Source: Bacteroidales bacterium (GTDB lineage: Bacteria > Bacteroidota > Bacteroidia > Bacteroidales > UBA10428). Taken from it: DNA of 64,000 nt. Below the pieces are notes generated by a model that made no database searches, was not told the origin of the DNA, and saw only the letters and a list, made by a program, of their open reading frames with translations. Each line of letters begins with the position of its first letter. The stretch's first letter is position 1. This document shows positions 49,458 to 59,296 of this stretch, in pieces. Where the stretch lies: positions 65,250 through 129,249 of the forward strand of contig JAFGBD010000025.1 of the NCBI GenBank assembly GCA_016933335.1, given 5' to 3'. The position numbers were made by a program, and so were the translations under genes.

Positions 49458-50402
49458 ATGAATCGAAAAAAAATCATAATAACCATCTCTATTCTGATCG
49501 TACTTCTTATACTGATACTACAAAGTGCTTTTATCGTAAAAGAAACAGAGCAGGTTGTCATAACCCAGTTTGGAAAGCCGGTTGGAGATGCCGTTGCAAA
49601 GCCTGGTCTGAAGTTTAAAGTTCCCTTTATCCAAAAAACCAACTATTTTGAAAGAAGATATATGGAGTGGGATGGGGACCCAAACCAGGTGCCAACAAAA
49701 GACAAAAAATTTATTTTTGTAGATACATACGCCCGCTGGCAAATAACAGATCCTCTTCAGTTCTTCAAAAGACTCACAAATGAAAGAGGTGCACTGTCAA
49801 GACTTGATGATATCATTGACGGTGAAACAAGGGACTATATTGCTACCCATAATATTGAAGAAGCGGTTCGGTCTACCAACAGGACGCCCGTATCAACAGG
49901 TGTAATCAGTGAAGAAATAGGAGACACCCTTATTGATATTAAGGTTGGAAGACAGGAAATACAACGTCTGATACTTGAAGCTTCAAATGAAAAAGCACAG
50001 GATCTTGGAATTGTCATACTCGATTTCCGTTTTAAGCGTATCAACTATGTAGAAGAAGTCAGTGCGCAGGTTTATGAGCGCATGAAAAGTGAACGGTTCC
50101 GTATAGCTGATAAATTTCGCTCGGAAGGTCAGGGTGAAGCTTCACGTATCAACGGCGAAAAAGAACGGGAACTTAAAAAAATCCAGTCAGAAGCTTTCAG
50201 GCAGGCTGAAGAAATCATGGGAAAAGCAGACGGAAGGGCAGCAGCCATTTATGCCGGTGCATATGACCAGTCATCAGCATCAAGAGAACTATACAGCTTC
50301 CTGAAATCCATGGAAACATTTGAAAAAACATTTGATACATCCACCACGATAATCCTGTCCACAGACAGCGAACTGTTTAAATACCTGAAAAGCATGAGGT
50401 GA
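49458..50402 (+). CDS. hflC: FtsH protease modulator HflC
   Basis: FIVKE.EQ..ITQFG, PGLKFKVPF, TKDKKFIFVD.YARW, VYERMKSER..IA..FRSEG. Confidence 0.93.
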   Translation: MNRKKIIITISILIVLLILILQSAFIVKETEQVVITQFGKPVGDAVAKPGLKFKVPFIQKTNYFERRYMEWDGDPNQVPTKDKKFIFVDTYARWQITDPLQFFKRLTNERGALSRLDDIIDGETRDYIATHNIEEAVRSTNRTPVSTGVISEEIGDTLIDIKVGRQEIQRLILEASNEKAQDLGIVILDFRFKRINYVEEVSAQVYERMKSERFRIADKFRSEGQGEASRINGEKERELKKIQSEAFRQAEEIMGKADGRAAAIYAGAYDQSSASRELYSFLKSMETFEKTFDTSTTIILSTDSELFKYLKSMR

Positions 50403-50563
50403 ACACTTTTAATTTCTTTTTTGTTATACTTTTGCGGGTGATGCTCTGATTCAAATCCAGCCATTTGCTTTGGAAACCCTTATTTATTATTAAATCAGAA
50501 TTTATTATTACCGGAGATAATATGCGAAAAATTTGTATCTTATAAAATATTTACAATTTATAT

Positions 50564-51868
50564 ATGTATAATCATCTGAGTGAACAATACAGGAAAGAAT
50601 ACGGAACATTACAGGAAGTTGATCTCAATGTCTACAAGAATATCATAGGAAGCAGGAAAGTTGAGGAAATCAAGAAGCTGGCAGAGTTGCTGTATGAGAA
50701 AAAATGGACTCATGTCAACTCCACTTTCGCCGGCGGGGGAGTGGCTGAAATGCTGAAAAGCGTTGTTCCGATAGCAAGGGGACTTGGAATAGACTGCACG
50801 TGGTATTGCATAGAAGGTTCCGAGGATTTTTACAGTGTTACCAAAAGATTTCACAATATTATTCAGGGGCTTGATCAGAAATTTACCCTTGAAGACCTGC
50901 TGGATCTTTATATCAATACAAACAGGAAAAACTTCGAAGACAACAGGATCATTTCTGATTTTACCGTTGTGCATGATCCGCAGCCATGCGCTTCGGTTGT
51001 TCACGGGCATTATGAAGGGAAAATGGTCTGGCGTTGCCATATTGACACTTCCAATGCCAACGAGCTGATCTGGAACTTCCTGTTGCCATATATCAACAAC
51101 TATGACGGCGTGATTTTCTCGCACAAAGATTTTGTCAGGGGAGGGATCAAAAAGCCGGTTTACCAGATCACGCCGGCTATCGATCCGTTGCAGCCAAAAA
51201 ACAAACTGAGAACACGGAAACAGGCACTGAATACTCTGAGCGATTTATTGAACAAGCATAACATTGATCCGGAAAGGCCAATTGTATTAGCCGTTTCACG
51301 GTATGATGTCCATAAAAACCAGAAGACCATCATTGAAGCCTTTAAACAATTTAAAAAAGAAAACGGAAAGCTGAATCCCATATTGATCATGGTTGGAAAC
51401 CTGGCTTCAGATGATCCTGAAGGTCTTGAAATGTATCAAAAAATGCTGAAACAGATCGACGGAGACAAAGATATTTATCCATTGCTCAATATTGAAAACA
51501 ATGATGAGTCTATCGGCTCACTGATGAAACTTGCAGATGTTTTTGTTCATATATCAACCAAAGAAGGTTTTGGTCTTGTGGTTACTGAAGCCATGTGGCA
51601 GGGGACACCTGTAATCGGCAGTAATGTGGGAGGAATCAGGCTGCAGGTCATTAACGATAAAACAGGATATCTTGTCAATCCTTACCGGGTTGGGAGAATA
51701 AAGACTTTTTTACACTATATTCTGTCAAACAAGGATGAAAAAGAGCGCCTGGGGTATCATGCAGTGGAGCATGTCAGGGAAAACTTTTTAATAACCAGAC
51801 TTGTCAGACGTTATCTCATATTGATGCGGTTCATGCTGGGTATTGATTTTCCGTATTTCAGAATATAG
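50564..51868 (+). CDS. treT: TreT-like trehalose synthase (GT4 glycosyltransferase)
   Basis: HVNSTFAGGGVAEML, TKRFHN..QG, VHDPQP, WRCHID, PAIDPL, DDPEG, EGFGLVVTEAMW. Confidence 0.85.
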   Translation: MYNHLSEQYRKEYGTLQEVDLNVYKNIIGSRKVEEIKKLAELLYEKKWTHVNSTFAGGGVAEMLKSVVPIARGLGIDCTWYCIEGSEDFYSVTKRFHNIIQGLDQKFTLEDLLDLYINTNRKNFEDNRIISDFTVVHDPQPCASVVHGHYEGKMVWRCHIDTSNANELIWNFLLPYINNYDGVIFSHKDFVRGGIKKPVYQITPAIDPLQPKNKLRTRKQALNTLSDLLNKHNIDPERPIVLAVSRYDVHKNQKTIIEAFKQFKKENGKLNPILIMVGNLASDDPEGLEMYQKMLKQIDGDKDIYPLLNIENNDESIGSLMKLADVFVHISTKEGFGLVVTEAMWQGTPVIGSNVGGIRLQVINDKTGYLVNPYRVGRIKTFLHYILSNKDEKERLGYHAVEHVRENFLITRLVRRYLILMRFMLGIDFPYFRI

Positions 51869-52043
51869 CGATCATACAGTTATGCAACCGGTGCCTGCCT
51901 GAATATGATTGAGCTTGTTTGCCGGGATCATCTGGCAGACCCGGGATTACATTTACCATATTTTTTTCTTCCTGATGATATCATTACTTTTGTTGTTGGT
52001 AAAACATCCTGGTAACAAATCGTTCCGGAATAAACCGATAATA

Positions 52044-52326
52044 ATGATGGAAAAGTTTAATTTTTTATAGGAGACTGGACACTAAAATATACAGTGCCGG
52101 AATCAAAATTCAGTGTTACAGCAACCGGCAAGGGCGAAGGGACCTTTAAAAGAGCCCTGAACGACAGGTATTTTTTTTCGATACACTGTTTATGAGCTGG
52201 CATGATACAAACCTGATTCAGACATTTCAGAAGTTAAACGAAGACCACCTCATTCTTAGAATGTCTATGCCACTTCGTGAACAAAACTTCAAACCTGTTC
52301 TGATTGTTGATCTGTTCAGAAAATGA
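52044..52326 (+). pseudogene. Frameshifted remnant of a small beta-barrel protein (DUF1579-like)
   Basis: MMEKFNF then shift at T6 (52061-52066); IGDWTLKYTVPESKFSVTATGKGEGTFKRALNDRYF then shift at T8 (52171-52178); FDTLFMSWHDTNLIQTFQKLNEDHLILRM...VDLFRK*. Confidence 0.6.
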
Positions 52327-52505
52327 GAGGCATCTTGCTGGATGATTGATGCAGGAGGGGATCCGAAAAGCGAAGAATGAAATCTTTAAAGCAACACCGG
52401 TTTAATCTTTTTGTTTTGCATCACATTGCAAAATTTGTATATTTATTCGCTGTTATGCTTTTTATTCATTTTGTATAATCAAACTATTTTAGACACCAGA
52501 ATACC

Positions 52506-54140
52506 ATGAGCGAAAACATCTCAATCAGTCCAGGGGGAGAAAAATTTCCGTTACCGGAACCTGAAGATTATAAAAAAGAATTCGAAAAATTAAGAATCCG
52601 TGTTGAACAGGAACGGGCAAAGAATCGTGAAATCGTTGTGGTGATGGGTGTCGGATTTGTTGGTGCTGTTATGGCTGCCATTGTTGCTGATACTGTTGAC
52701 AAAAAGGGCCAGTCCACCAAATTTGTTATCGGAATGCAGCGTCCCAGTGTACGCAGCTTTTGGAAAATCCCTTTGCTTAATCGCGGTGTTTCTCCTGTTA
52801 AGGCTGAAGATCCTGAAGTAGAGCCGATGATTGCAAGATGTGTCAACAAGAAAAAAACACTAATTGCTACTTATACCTATGATGTCCTTAAGCTGGCTGA
52901 TGTGGTTGTGGTTGATGTGCAGTGTGATTATATCAAAGAGGATCTGGGGAATGTCCGCACAGGTTATACCGATATGGCAGCTCTTGAGACTTCCATTGGT
53001 ATCATTGCAGAGCATATTTCGCCTGATACGCTTGTTCTGATCGAAACAACGGTGGCACCCGGTACGACAGAGCAGGTAGCATATCCGATCATGAAAAAAA
53101 TATTCAGGAAACGGAAGATTAAATCTGATCCTTTGCTGGCTCACAGTTATGAGAGGGTTATGCCCGGCCGTGATTATGTTGCCAGCATACGCGATTTCTG
53201 GCGTGTCTGCAGCGGTATTAATGAAGAAGCAAAACAACGGGTGGTAAAATTTCTGAATGAAGTGCTGAATACGGATAAATTTCCGTTAACGGTTATGGAT
53301 CGGCCCATTGAATCAGAAACAGCCAAAATTGTTGAAAACAGTTACCGGGCAACCATTCTTGCTTTTCTGGATGAATGGAGCCTCTTTGCAGAGCGCAACG
53401 GGGTGGATTTGATCAAAGTCATCAAGGCCATTAAAGTACGGCCGACACACAGCAATATAATATTCCCGGGTCCGGGAATAGGAGGATACTGCCTGCCAAA
53501 GGACGGCGGACTGGGTATCTGGTCCTATAAGCATATTCTTGGCTTTGAAGACCATATTTTCAAGATCACACCCCTGGCAATCAACATTAACGATACGCGC
53601 GGCTTACATGTCGGACAGCTTACCCGTGATGCATTGCGCAATATGGGGCAACCTATTGCCTCATCAGAAGTTCTGGTGCTCGGAGCGGCCTACCGTGAAG
53701 ATGTTGGAGACACCCGTTACAGCGGTTCAGAGATTATTATCCGTAAGCTGGCTGAAATGGGTGCTGAAATACGGGTGCATGATCCCTACGTTGAACATTG
53801 GTGGGAATTTGAACAGCAGGATACCTATCCGGCAGCAGGACAAAGCAAAGCTAAATTCTTTCGAAACCAGGAGAAACTGAAGGAAATCAGTATTGAAAAG
53901 GATTTAAATAAAGCACTGGATGGCGCAGAGGCAGTTATTTTTGCCGTACGTCATGAGGCATATCTTGATCTGGATCCTGAAAGAGTAGTAAATGCAATCG
54001 GTCAGCCTGCTGCAATTATTGATTGTTTCGGAGTGCTTACGGATGATAAAATCCGGCGTTACTTCCAGCTTGGCTGTGAAGTAAAAGGATTGGGACGAGG
54101 ACATATTCAGCGCATTAAAGATCAGATGCGCAAGGCATAG
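52506..54140 (+). CDS. Nucleotide-sugar (UDP-glucose/GDP-mannose family) dehydrogenase, long form
   Basis: GVGFVG, IETTVAPGTT, ERVMPG, KIVENSYR, GPGIGGYCLPKD catalytic Cys, LGAAYREDVGDTR. Confidence 0.92.
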   Translation: MSENISISPGGEKFPLPEPEDYKKEFEKLRIRVEQERAKNREIVVVMGVGFVGAVMAAIVADTVDKKGQSTKFVIGMQRPSVRSFWKIPLLNRGVSPVKAEDPEVEPMIARCVNKKKTLIATYTYDVLKLADVVVVDVQCDYIKEDLGNVRTGYTDMAALETSIGIIAEHISPDTLVLIETTVAPGTTEQVAYPIMKKIFRKRKIKSDPLLAHSYERVMPGRDYVASIRDFWRVCSGINEEAKQRVVKFLNEVLNTDKFPLTVMDRPIESETAKIVENSYRATILAFLDEWSLFAERNGVDLIKVIKAIKVRPTHSNIIFPGPGIGGYCLPKDGGLGIWSYKHILGFEDHIFKITPLAININDTRGLHVGQLTRDALRNMGQPIASSEVLVLGAAYREDVGDTRYSGSEIIIRKLAEMGAEIRVHDPYVEHWWEFEQQDTYPAAGQSKAKFFRNQEKLKEISIEKDLNKALDGAEAVIFAVRHEAYLDLDPERVVNAIGQPAAIIDCFGVLTDDKIRRYFQLGCEVKGLGRGHIQRIKDQMRKA

Positions 54141-54175
54141 TACATGCGATATTATCTAATATTAAATAAACAGGT

Positions 54176-55033
54176 ATGAAGTATTTATTGAATCTTTGTT
54201 TAGCTGTTGTCACAAGCGGATTGGTTGCAGCACAGAATCTTACCGACATCAGCCTGAAATGGAAAAACTCAGACAAACAGGAAACCAGTATCTCATCCGA
54301 AACCGGAAATTTATATAACCAGCTAAGTCATCATGGTCCGGCAGTTGAAAACGAGTGGATGGGCCTCAGGATTTACTTCGATTACAAATGTGCCATAGAT
54401 GTATATAATAAAACCAACGTACGTCTCGAATTGGCTGAAGCACAGTGGTACCCGACACCGGAACAACAGCAAAACGGATGGGGGGCAGACCAGTATAAAG
54501 TCAGCAATACTGTTGGTTTAGGTGGTGTGCGGTTATGGGACGGTGAGGACGTTATATATCTTGAACCCGTTAGAAAAAGAACGGCCAGGGTGGTAAAGGA
54601 AGCAACCATTTCATATATGGAAATGCTTTCTGAAGGCGTACCATACAAAGGGGATAGCATTGACATCCTGATGCGTGTCACTGTATTCTCCGGTATCCGT
54701 GAAGCAAAGGTGGAGTCTTTTGCTTTGTGCAATAAACCTGTGCAGTTCCTCACCGGCATTAATTATCATAAAGATACCCAAACCAAACAGGGAGACAACT
54801 ATATATGTACCTGGGGTGTACATCCGGAAGATGTAGCTGCATTTCAACTGGCAATTGGTGCCGGAATCATTTACAATCCCGATGATTTTGAACAGGTTAA
54901 GAAATCAGAAAAAGAGTACCAACTGATTTCAAAACCAGCCAAATACCTGAAAACATGGATTAGCTCAGCCAGCGAAAGAGACCAGGATCTGAACTCCATG
55001 GAAAAATTCATTGAATACCTGGAAAGTTTTTAA
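54176..55033 (+). CDS. DUF4861-like secreted protein
   Basis: HHGPAVENE..G.RIYFD...IDVYNK, WGADQYKV..TVGLGG. Confidence 0.75.
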   Translation: MKYLLNLCLAVVTSGLVAAQNLTDISLKWKNSDKQETSISSETGNLYNQLSHHGPAVENEWMGLRIYFDYKCAIDVYNKTNVRLELAEAQWYPTPEQQQNGWGADQYKVSNTVGLGGVRLWDGEDVIYLEPVRKRTARVVKEATISYMEMLSEGVPYKGDSIDILMRVTVFSGIREAKVESFALCNKPVQFLTGINYHKDTQTKQGDNYICTWGVHPEDVAAFQLAIGAGIIYNPDDFEQVKKSEKEYQLISKPAKYLKTWISSASERDQDLNSMEKFIEYLESF

Positions 55034-55159
55034 AGATTGTTTTATACTTTTAAAGATTTACTTATTGTAAATATTTGATATATTGACATATAATAAATAA
55101 TCGGGCAGGGGATTACCCGTATTCTGCTCCACCATTCTTGTATGCCATAAAGACTTGTT

Positions 55160-57034
55160 ATGAAAAAATATCTGACCGGTATCCTGTTCCCCCTGGTTTT
55201 TATCCCCGGGTTTTCGCAGAAGTATCAGAATTTCAAAGTATCAATTTACTGCACGGCTTATGACGTGGAAAAAATGCAAGATACGGTCAGCTACCTGCTG
55301 CCGCGGTGGAATGAGATAAGCAGGCAGCTCAAAGTTGACAAAATATATCTTGAGACACACCGTGACCTGATGATTGCCGGCCAGGAATCCCTGGATAATG
55401 CCAGGCAGTTTTTTGAAAACAGGGGGCTGGAGGTAACGGGCGGTATTACATACACCATAAAAGAGTCCGATCGCTTCAGGACATTCTGTTATGATGATCC
55501 TGCTGACCGGGAAAAAGTAAGAGAAATTGCGGAATACACAGCAAAAAACTTTGACGGGTTTATCCTTGATGATTTTTTCTTTACAAATTGCAAATCTGAC
55601 GGTGCCATCAAAGAAAAGGGCAACAGGAGCTGGACTCAATACCGTTTGGATCTGATGGTTGAGGCTGCGCAGAGCCTGGTTATAACCCCGGCAAAAAAGA
55701 TCAATCCGGATGTTAAGATCATCATTAAATATCCCAACTGGTATGAGCATTTTCAGGGTCTGGGTTTTAACCTTGAAAAAGAGCCCGGGATATTTGACGG
55801 CATTTACACAGGCACCGAAACAAGGGATGCGGTACTTAGTGAGCAGCATCTGCAGCCATATCTCGGTTACAATATCTTCCGTTATTTTGAGAATATCGCA
55901 CCCGGCCGGAATATGGGCGGGTGGGTCGATCCTTTTGGCATGAATTATTATGACAGGTATGCTGAACAACTGTGGATTACAGCATTTGCCAAAGCTCCTG
56001 AAATAACTCTGTTTAATTTCAGTCAGCTGAGCCGTCCCATCTCTCCTTCGGGCCAATCGCCCTGGCAGGGTCAAAACACAAGCTTTGATTTTTTTGAGAT
56101 GATGCAACCTGTCGGTTATAACAGCGGGGAACCGGTTACACCGACCACCCTTGCAAGGGTTGCAGGTTATGCCCTTGAGGCGGTTGACAAAATCATGGAT
56201 CATACAGGTAATCCGGTTGGTATAAAAAGCTACAAGCCGTTTCATTCCACAGGTGAAGATTTCCTGCCGAATTACCTTGGAATGATTGGCCTGCCAATGG
56301 ATGAAATGCCGGAATTCCCGGAAGCGGAGAGGTTGATACTGCTCACTGAAAAAGCAGGATTCGATCCGCATATTATTGATAAAATTAAAAATCAGCTGGC
56401 TGCAGGGAAAAAGATCGTTATCACATCAGGCTTGCTGAGGGTATTGCAGGATAAAGGATTAAGTGATATCGTCGAAATAAGGTATACCGACCGGAAAGCG
56501 CTGGTGCAGGATTATACATGTGGCGACTATCGGCTTATTCATGGCGACAAGCCTGTATTGATGCAGCAAATCCGGTACCTTACAAATGATTCATGGGAGA
56601 TTGTATCAGGGATCTCAGGAGCCAGTGGATGGCCCATCCTGCATATGGCTGACTATTCAAAAGGAAGGCTCTTTGTCCTGGTCATCCCGGATAATTTTGC
56701 CGACCTTTATAACCTGCCTCCCGCGGTATTGAATAAAATAAGGGAAACTCTCTGCAGCGAGATGGAAGTTTCTATTGAGGGACCTTCGAATATAGGTCTG
56801 TATCTTTATGATAATAAAACATTCATCATAGAGTCATTTCTGGATCATGAAACCGTTATGAAGATCGTTACCGCTGAGCAATATACCAGGTTAACGGATC
56901 TTATAACAAATCAAACCTGTGAAGGAGAACAACGTCAGCAAATATTTTACAGGAGATCCCCGGACAAACTCAGCAAAAATGCCTTTAGCCTGACCTTAAA
57001 ACCGCATTCGTTCAGAATATTCAGGTATGAATAA
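55160..57034 (+). CDS. Secreted hypothetical protein with TIM-barrel/GH-like N-terminal domain
   Basis: Signal peptide; KIYLETHR, FILDDFFF, IIKYPNWYEHF, GTETRD; no multi-TM segments. Confidence 0.75.
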   Translation: MKKYLTGILFPLVFIPGFSQKYQNFKVSIYCTAYDVEKMQDTVSYLLPRWNEISRQLKVDKIYLETHRDLMIAGQESLDNARQFFENRGLEVTGGITYTIKESDRFRTFCYDDPADREKVREIAEYTAKNFDGFILDDFFFTNCKSDGAIKEKGNRSWTQYRLDLMVEAAQSLVITPAKKINPDVKIIIKYPNWYEHFQGLGFNLEKEPGIFDGIYTGTETRDAVLSEQHLQPYLGYNIFRYFENIAPGRNMGGWVDPFGMNYYDRYAEQLWITAFAKAPEITLFNFSQLSRPISPSGQSPWQGQNTSFDFFEMMQPVGYNSGEPVTPTTLARVAGYALEAVDKIMDHTGNPVGIKSYKPFHSTGEDFLPNYLGMIGLPMDEMPEFPEAERLILLTEKAGFDPHIIDKIKNQLAAGKKIVITSGLLRVLQDKGLSDIVEIRYTDRKALVQDYTCGDYRLIHGDKPVLMQQIRYLTNDSWEIVSGISGASGWPILHMADYSKGRLFVLVIPDNFADLYNLPPAVLNKIRETLCSEMEVSIEGPSNIGLYLYDNKTFIIESFLDHETVMKIVTAEQYTRLTDLITNQTCEGEQRQQIFYRRSPDKLSKNAFSLTLKPHSFRIFRYE

Positions 57035-57197
57035 GAATGCAGGTTCTTTTTTTTGAAGCACGACCCTGCCAAACCTGCCGGAAATGACTTTATTTTCAAA
57101 TATCTTTTTATCTGTATTATCCGATGTTTTTCTGTAATTTTACAGGGAGTTAAGTCAATATAAATACAGATGCATTGAAAAACATAATTGATTTAAA

Positions 57198-57500
57198 ATG
57201 AAACATTTAGCTCAATTTGAATATCCCGGGGAATACAAAATAATACTCCGTGATTCCTATGCAGAAAACGTATATTACGGACTTGATGATTTTGATTGCA
57301 AATATCTGAAAATTATCCAGTCAAAATTCGGTTGTCTGAACAGCTTTCATACCATCCCTGATCGTGTGAAGATGGAAATGGCCCCTTTTGAATGGAGCGA
57401 ACATAAAAACAAGTTTGTTTTGAACGAAAATAAACGAAAGGCCATACAACTGAACAGGCTTGAAAATGTTGTGGTCAGTCATTCTGTTACATACAACTGA
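57198..57500 (+). CDS. Hypothetical protein
   Basis: 100-aa ORF with ATG and A-rich leader. Confidence 0.6.
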   Translation: MKHLAQFEYPGEYKIILRDSYAENVYYGLDDFDCKYLKIIQSKFGCLNSFHTIPDRVKMEMAPFEWSEHKNKFVLNENKRKAIQLNRLENVVVSHSVTYN

Positions 57501-57789
57501 CAGGAACAGCAATAACTCTTTTTCAATAATCATATTGCCCAGACTATTGTATGCTTCAAAATCATTTTCTGCATATACATTATAGTCCGTCCCAATGTTG
57601 ATAGAAGGGATTAAAATAACCGGGGACTTTGTAACCGATAAGCTGACTCACGGGGAAAATCCATTCGTGAAAGCTATCGCGAGGAATGAGATGTGTGTGG
57701 TCATTTATCTGTTGACATGCATAAGTCCTTTATATTAATCCGTATTATTTTGTATATTAGTTTCATAAATATTGTAAAATTTTGAGCAT

Positions 57790-58167
57790 ATGAAAATATT
57801 GAAGACACTTACAGCACCTGTTCTGATCTTATTCACAACTGAGATCTTTGGCCAGTATTTGCCCGACTCTTACCAGCCAATGTTAAATGAAATTGTTACC
57901 CATTTTGAGACTATTCGTGGCACAAATTCAATTACACAAGGCAAGAATACTTTAAGTATTATTGACGAGAATAAAATAGCACTCCGCATTAATCATAAAA
58001 AAACGGTAAAGAATCTTACTTTTATAAAGGAACCTGACGAGGAAGGCAGTCTTTACTGGGTAGCTGCAAACGAGATTACAACAGACATGGTAAATAAGTA
58101 TGAAGATTTCCTTACAAAGATACTGGAGTCTATGCATAAATTATCGGAAAAGAAATCAAAAGAATAG
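57790..58167 (+). CDS. Small secreted hypothetical protein
   Basis: Signal peptide ending FG-Q (Bacteroidota Q-rule N-terminus). Confidence 0.7.
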   Translation: MKILKTLTAPVLILFTTEIFGQYLPDSYQPMLNEIVTHFETIRGTNSITQGKNTLSIIDENKIALRINHKKTVKNLTFIKEPDEEGSLYWVAANEITTDMVNKYEDFLTKILESMHKLSEKKSKE

Positions 58168-58482
58168 TGAATTAAAGGTTCACCATGGCTTCATCAGCCC
58201 TGCGTGTCAGAAGAAAATAACAGCCTGTGTGTTTAAGCTATGGTAAAGTCTTAAATCCCTGATTAAGGTATCGGTACCTTTGCCAGCATTCACAAATCAA
58301 AAATTATTTTTGTTAATTGAACATTTAATTGTTATATTGGACTCGTTATATGACATAATTTTTTAATCTTTTATGTTAACCGGAAAGAGAAACAATTAAT
58401 AACCCGGATATATGTAAAGAGTTCAAATAGTCACTTTATTTCATAAATCAAATAACCTTAAACTTAATAACCCTTAAATCCC

Positions 58483-58490
58483 AAAGGAGG
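58483..58490 (+). promoter_or_regulatory. Strong Shine-Dalgarno sequence
   Basis: AAAGGAGG ending 8 nt before ATG 58499. Confidence 0.75.
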
Positions 58491-58498
58491 AAATAATC

Positions 58499-59164
58499 AT
58501 GATTAAAAAAGAAAAAACCTTAATGTTTGCAGCTGCTTCTTTATTGATTCTTGCATTCATCTATTGCTCATCTCCCGAATATGTTGTCAATCGTGAACAT
58601 GATTTTCAACCCGGACTGACAAACTGGAAGTATGTTGTTGATAATAATGTAAAGCAGGAAGCGAAATACAAATTCAATGAAGATGGTGATATTATTGCCA
58701 TAGAGCTTTTTGCATTTGGTAAGCCCTATGGGATCTGGAGTAATCTGGATTACATTACTGTTAAAGACAGTACTACCGGTGAAGAGATAAAATACAGAGT
58801 TTGTGCCAGAAGAGTTCATTTCAATGCTTCATCCCGCCTGAAAGACTGGGAAGATTCAACTGTGGCTGTGGTAATTAATAATGTACCCAAAATAAAAACG
58901 GTAATTACCAAAGACGGTAAAGGTAATAAGCTTTATACAGACAGTTATGAATATGATGATTTAGGAAGAAAAATCAGGGCAACACGTACCAGGTATAATT
59001 CCAGTGGTAATACAACAGTTACTGATGAATATACTTATATATCTGATAAAAATATCGGAATTCAATCAGAAGAATTCTATTACAAAATACCAAATGTTTA
59101 CTATAGTTTCGAGGATTATATCAATTGGTGTACGAAAGCATATGTTACAACAACATTAGAATAA
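58499..59164 (+). CDS. Hypothetical lipoprotein with YD-like hairpin segments
   Basis: Lipobox-like AFIYC; YKFNEDGDII and YEYDDLGRKIR. Confidence 0.75.
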   Translation: MIKKEKTLMFAAASLLILAFIYCSSPEYVVNREHDFQPGLTNWKYVVDNNVKQEAKYKFNEDGDIIAIELFAFGKPYGIWSNLDYITVKDSTTGEEIKYRVCARRVHFNASSRLKDWEDSTVAVVINNVPKIKTVITKDGKGNKLYTDSYEYDDLGRKIRATRTRYNSSGNTTVTDEYTYISDKNIGIQSEEFYYKIPNVYYSFEDYINWCTKAYVTTTLE

Positions 59165-59296
59165 ACAACTGTTTGGTAAATACGGGCCAGGATTCTTTGT
59201 GTGTGACTTACAGCATATACCTGTTCAGATAAAGGTCAGTGTCAGATCAGACAGGATATCATTCAATTAGTTTTTCGAAATTAAAGTACTAAAAGA

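Noticed and set aside
55241-56371. 376-aa antisense ORF
   Set aside because: It lies entirely opposite a well-formed 624-aa gene and has atypical composition. Treated as a shadow ORF, like the other short nested ORFs in the track.
57636-57679. Hammerhead ribozyme
   Set aside because: CUGA and GAAA flank a stem, but the core reads CUGACUC rather than CUGANGA, and no third stem or cleavage triplet fits.
58499-59164. Rhs/YD-repeat toxin
   Set aside because: Only two YD-like hairpins in a 221-aa lipoprotein; no Rhs core or DPxG motif.
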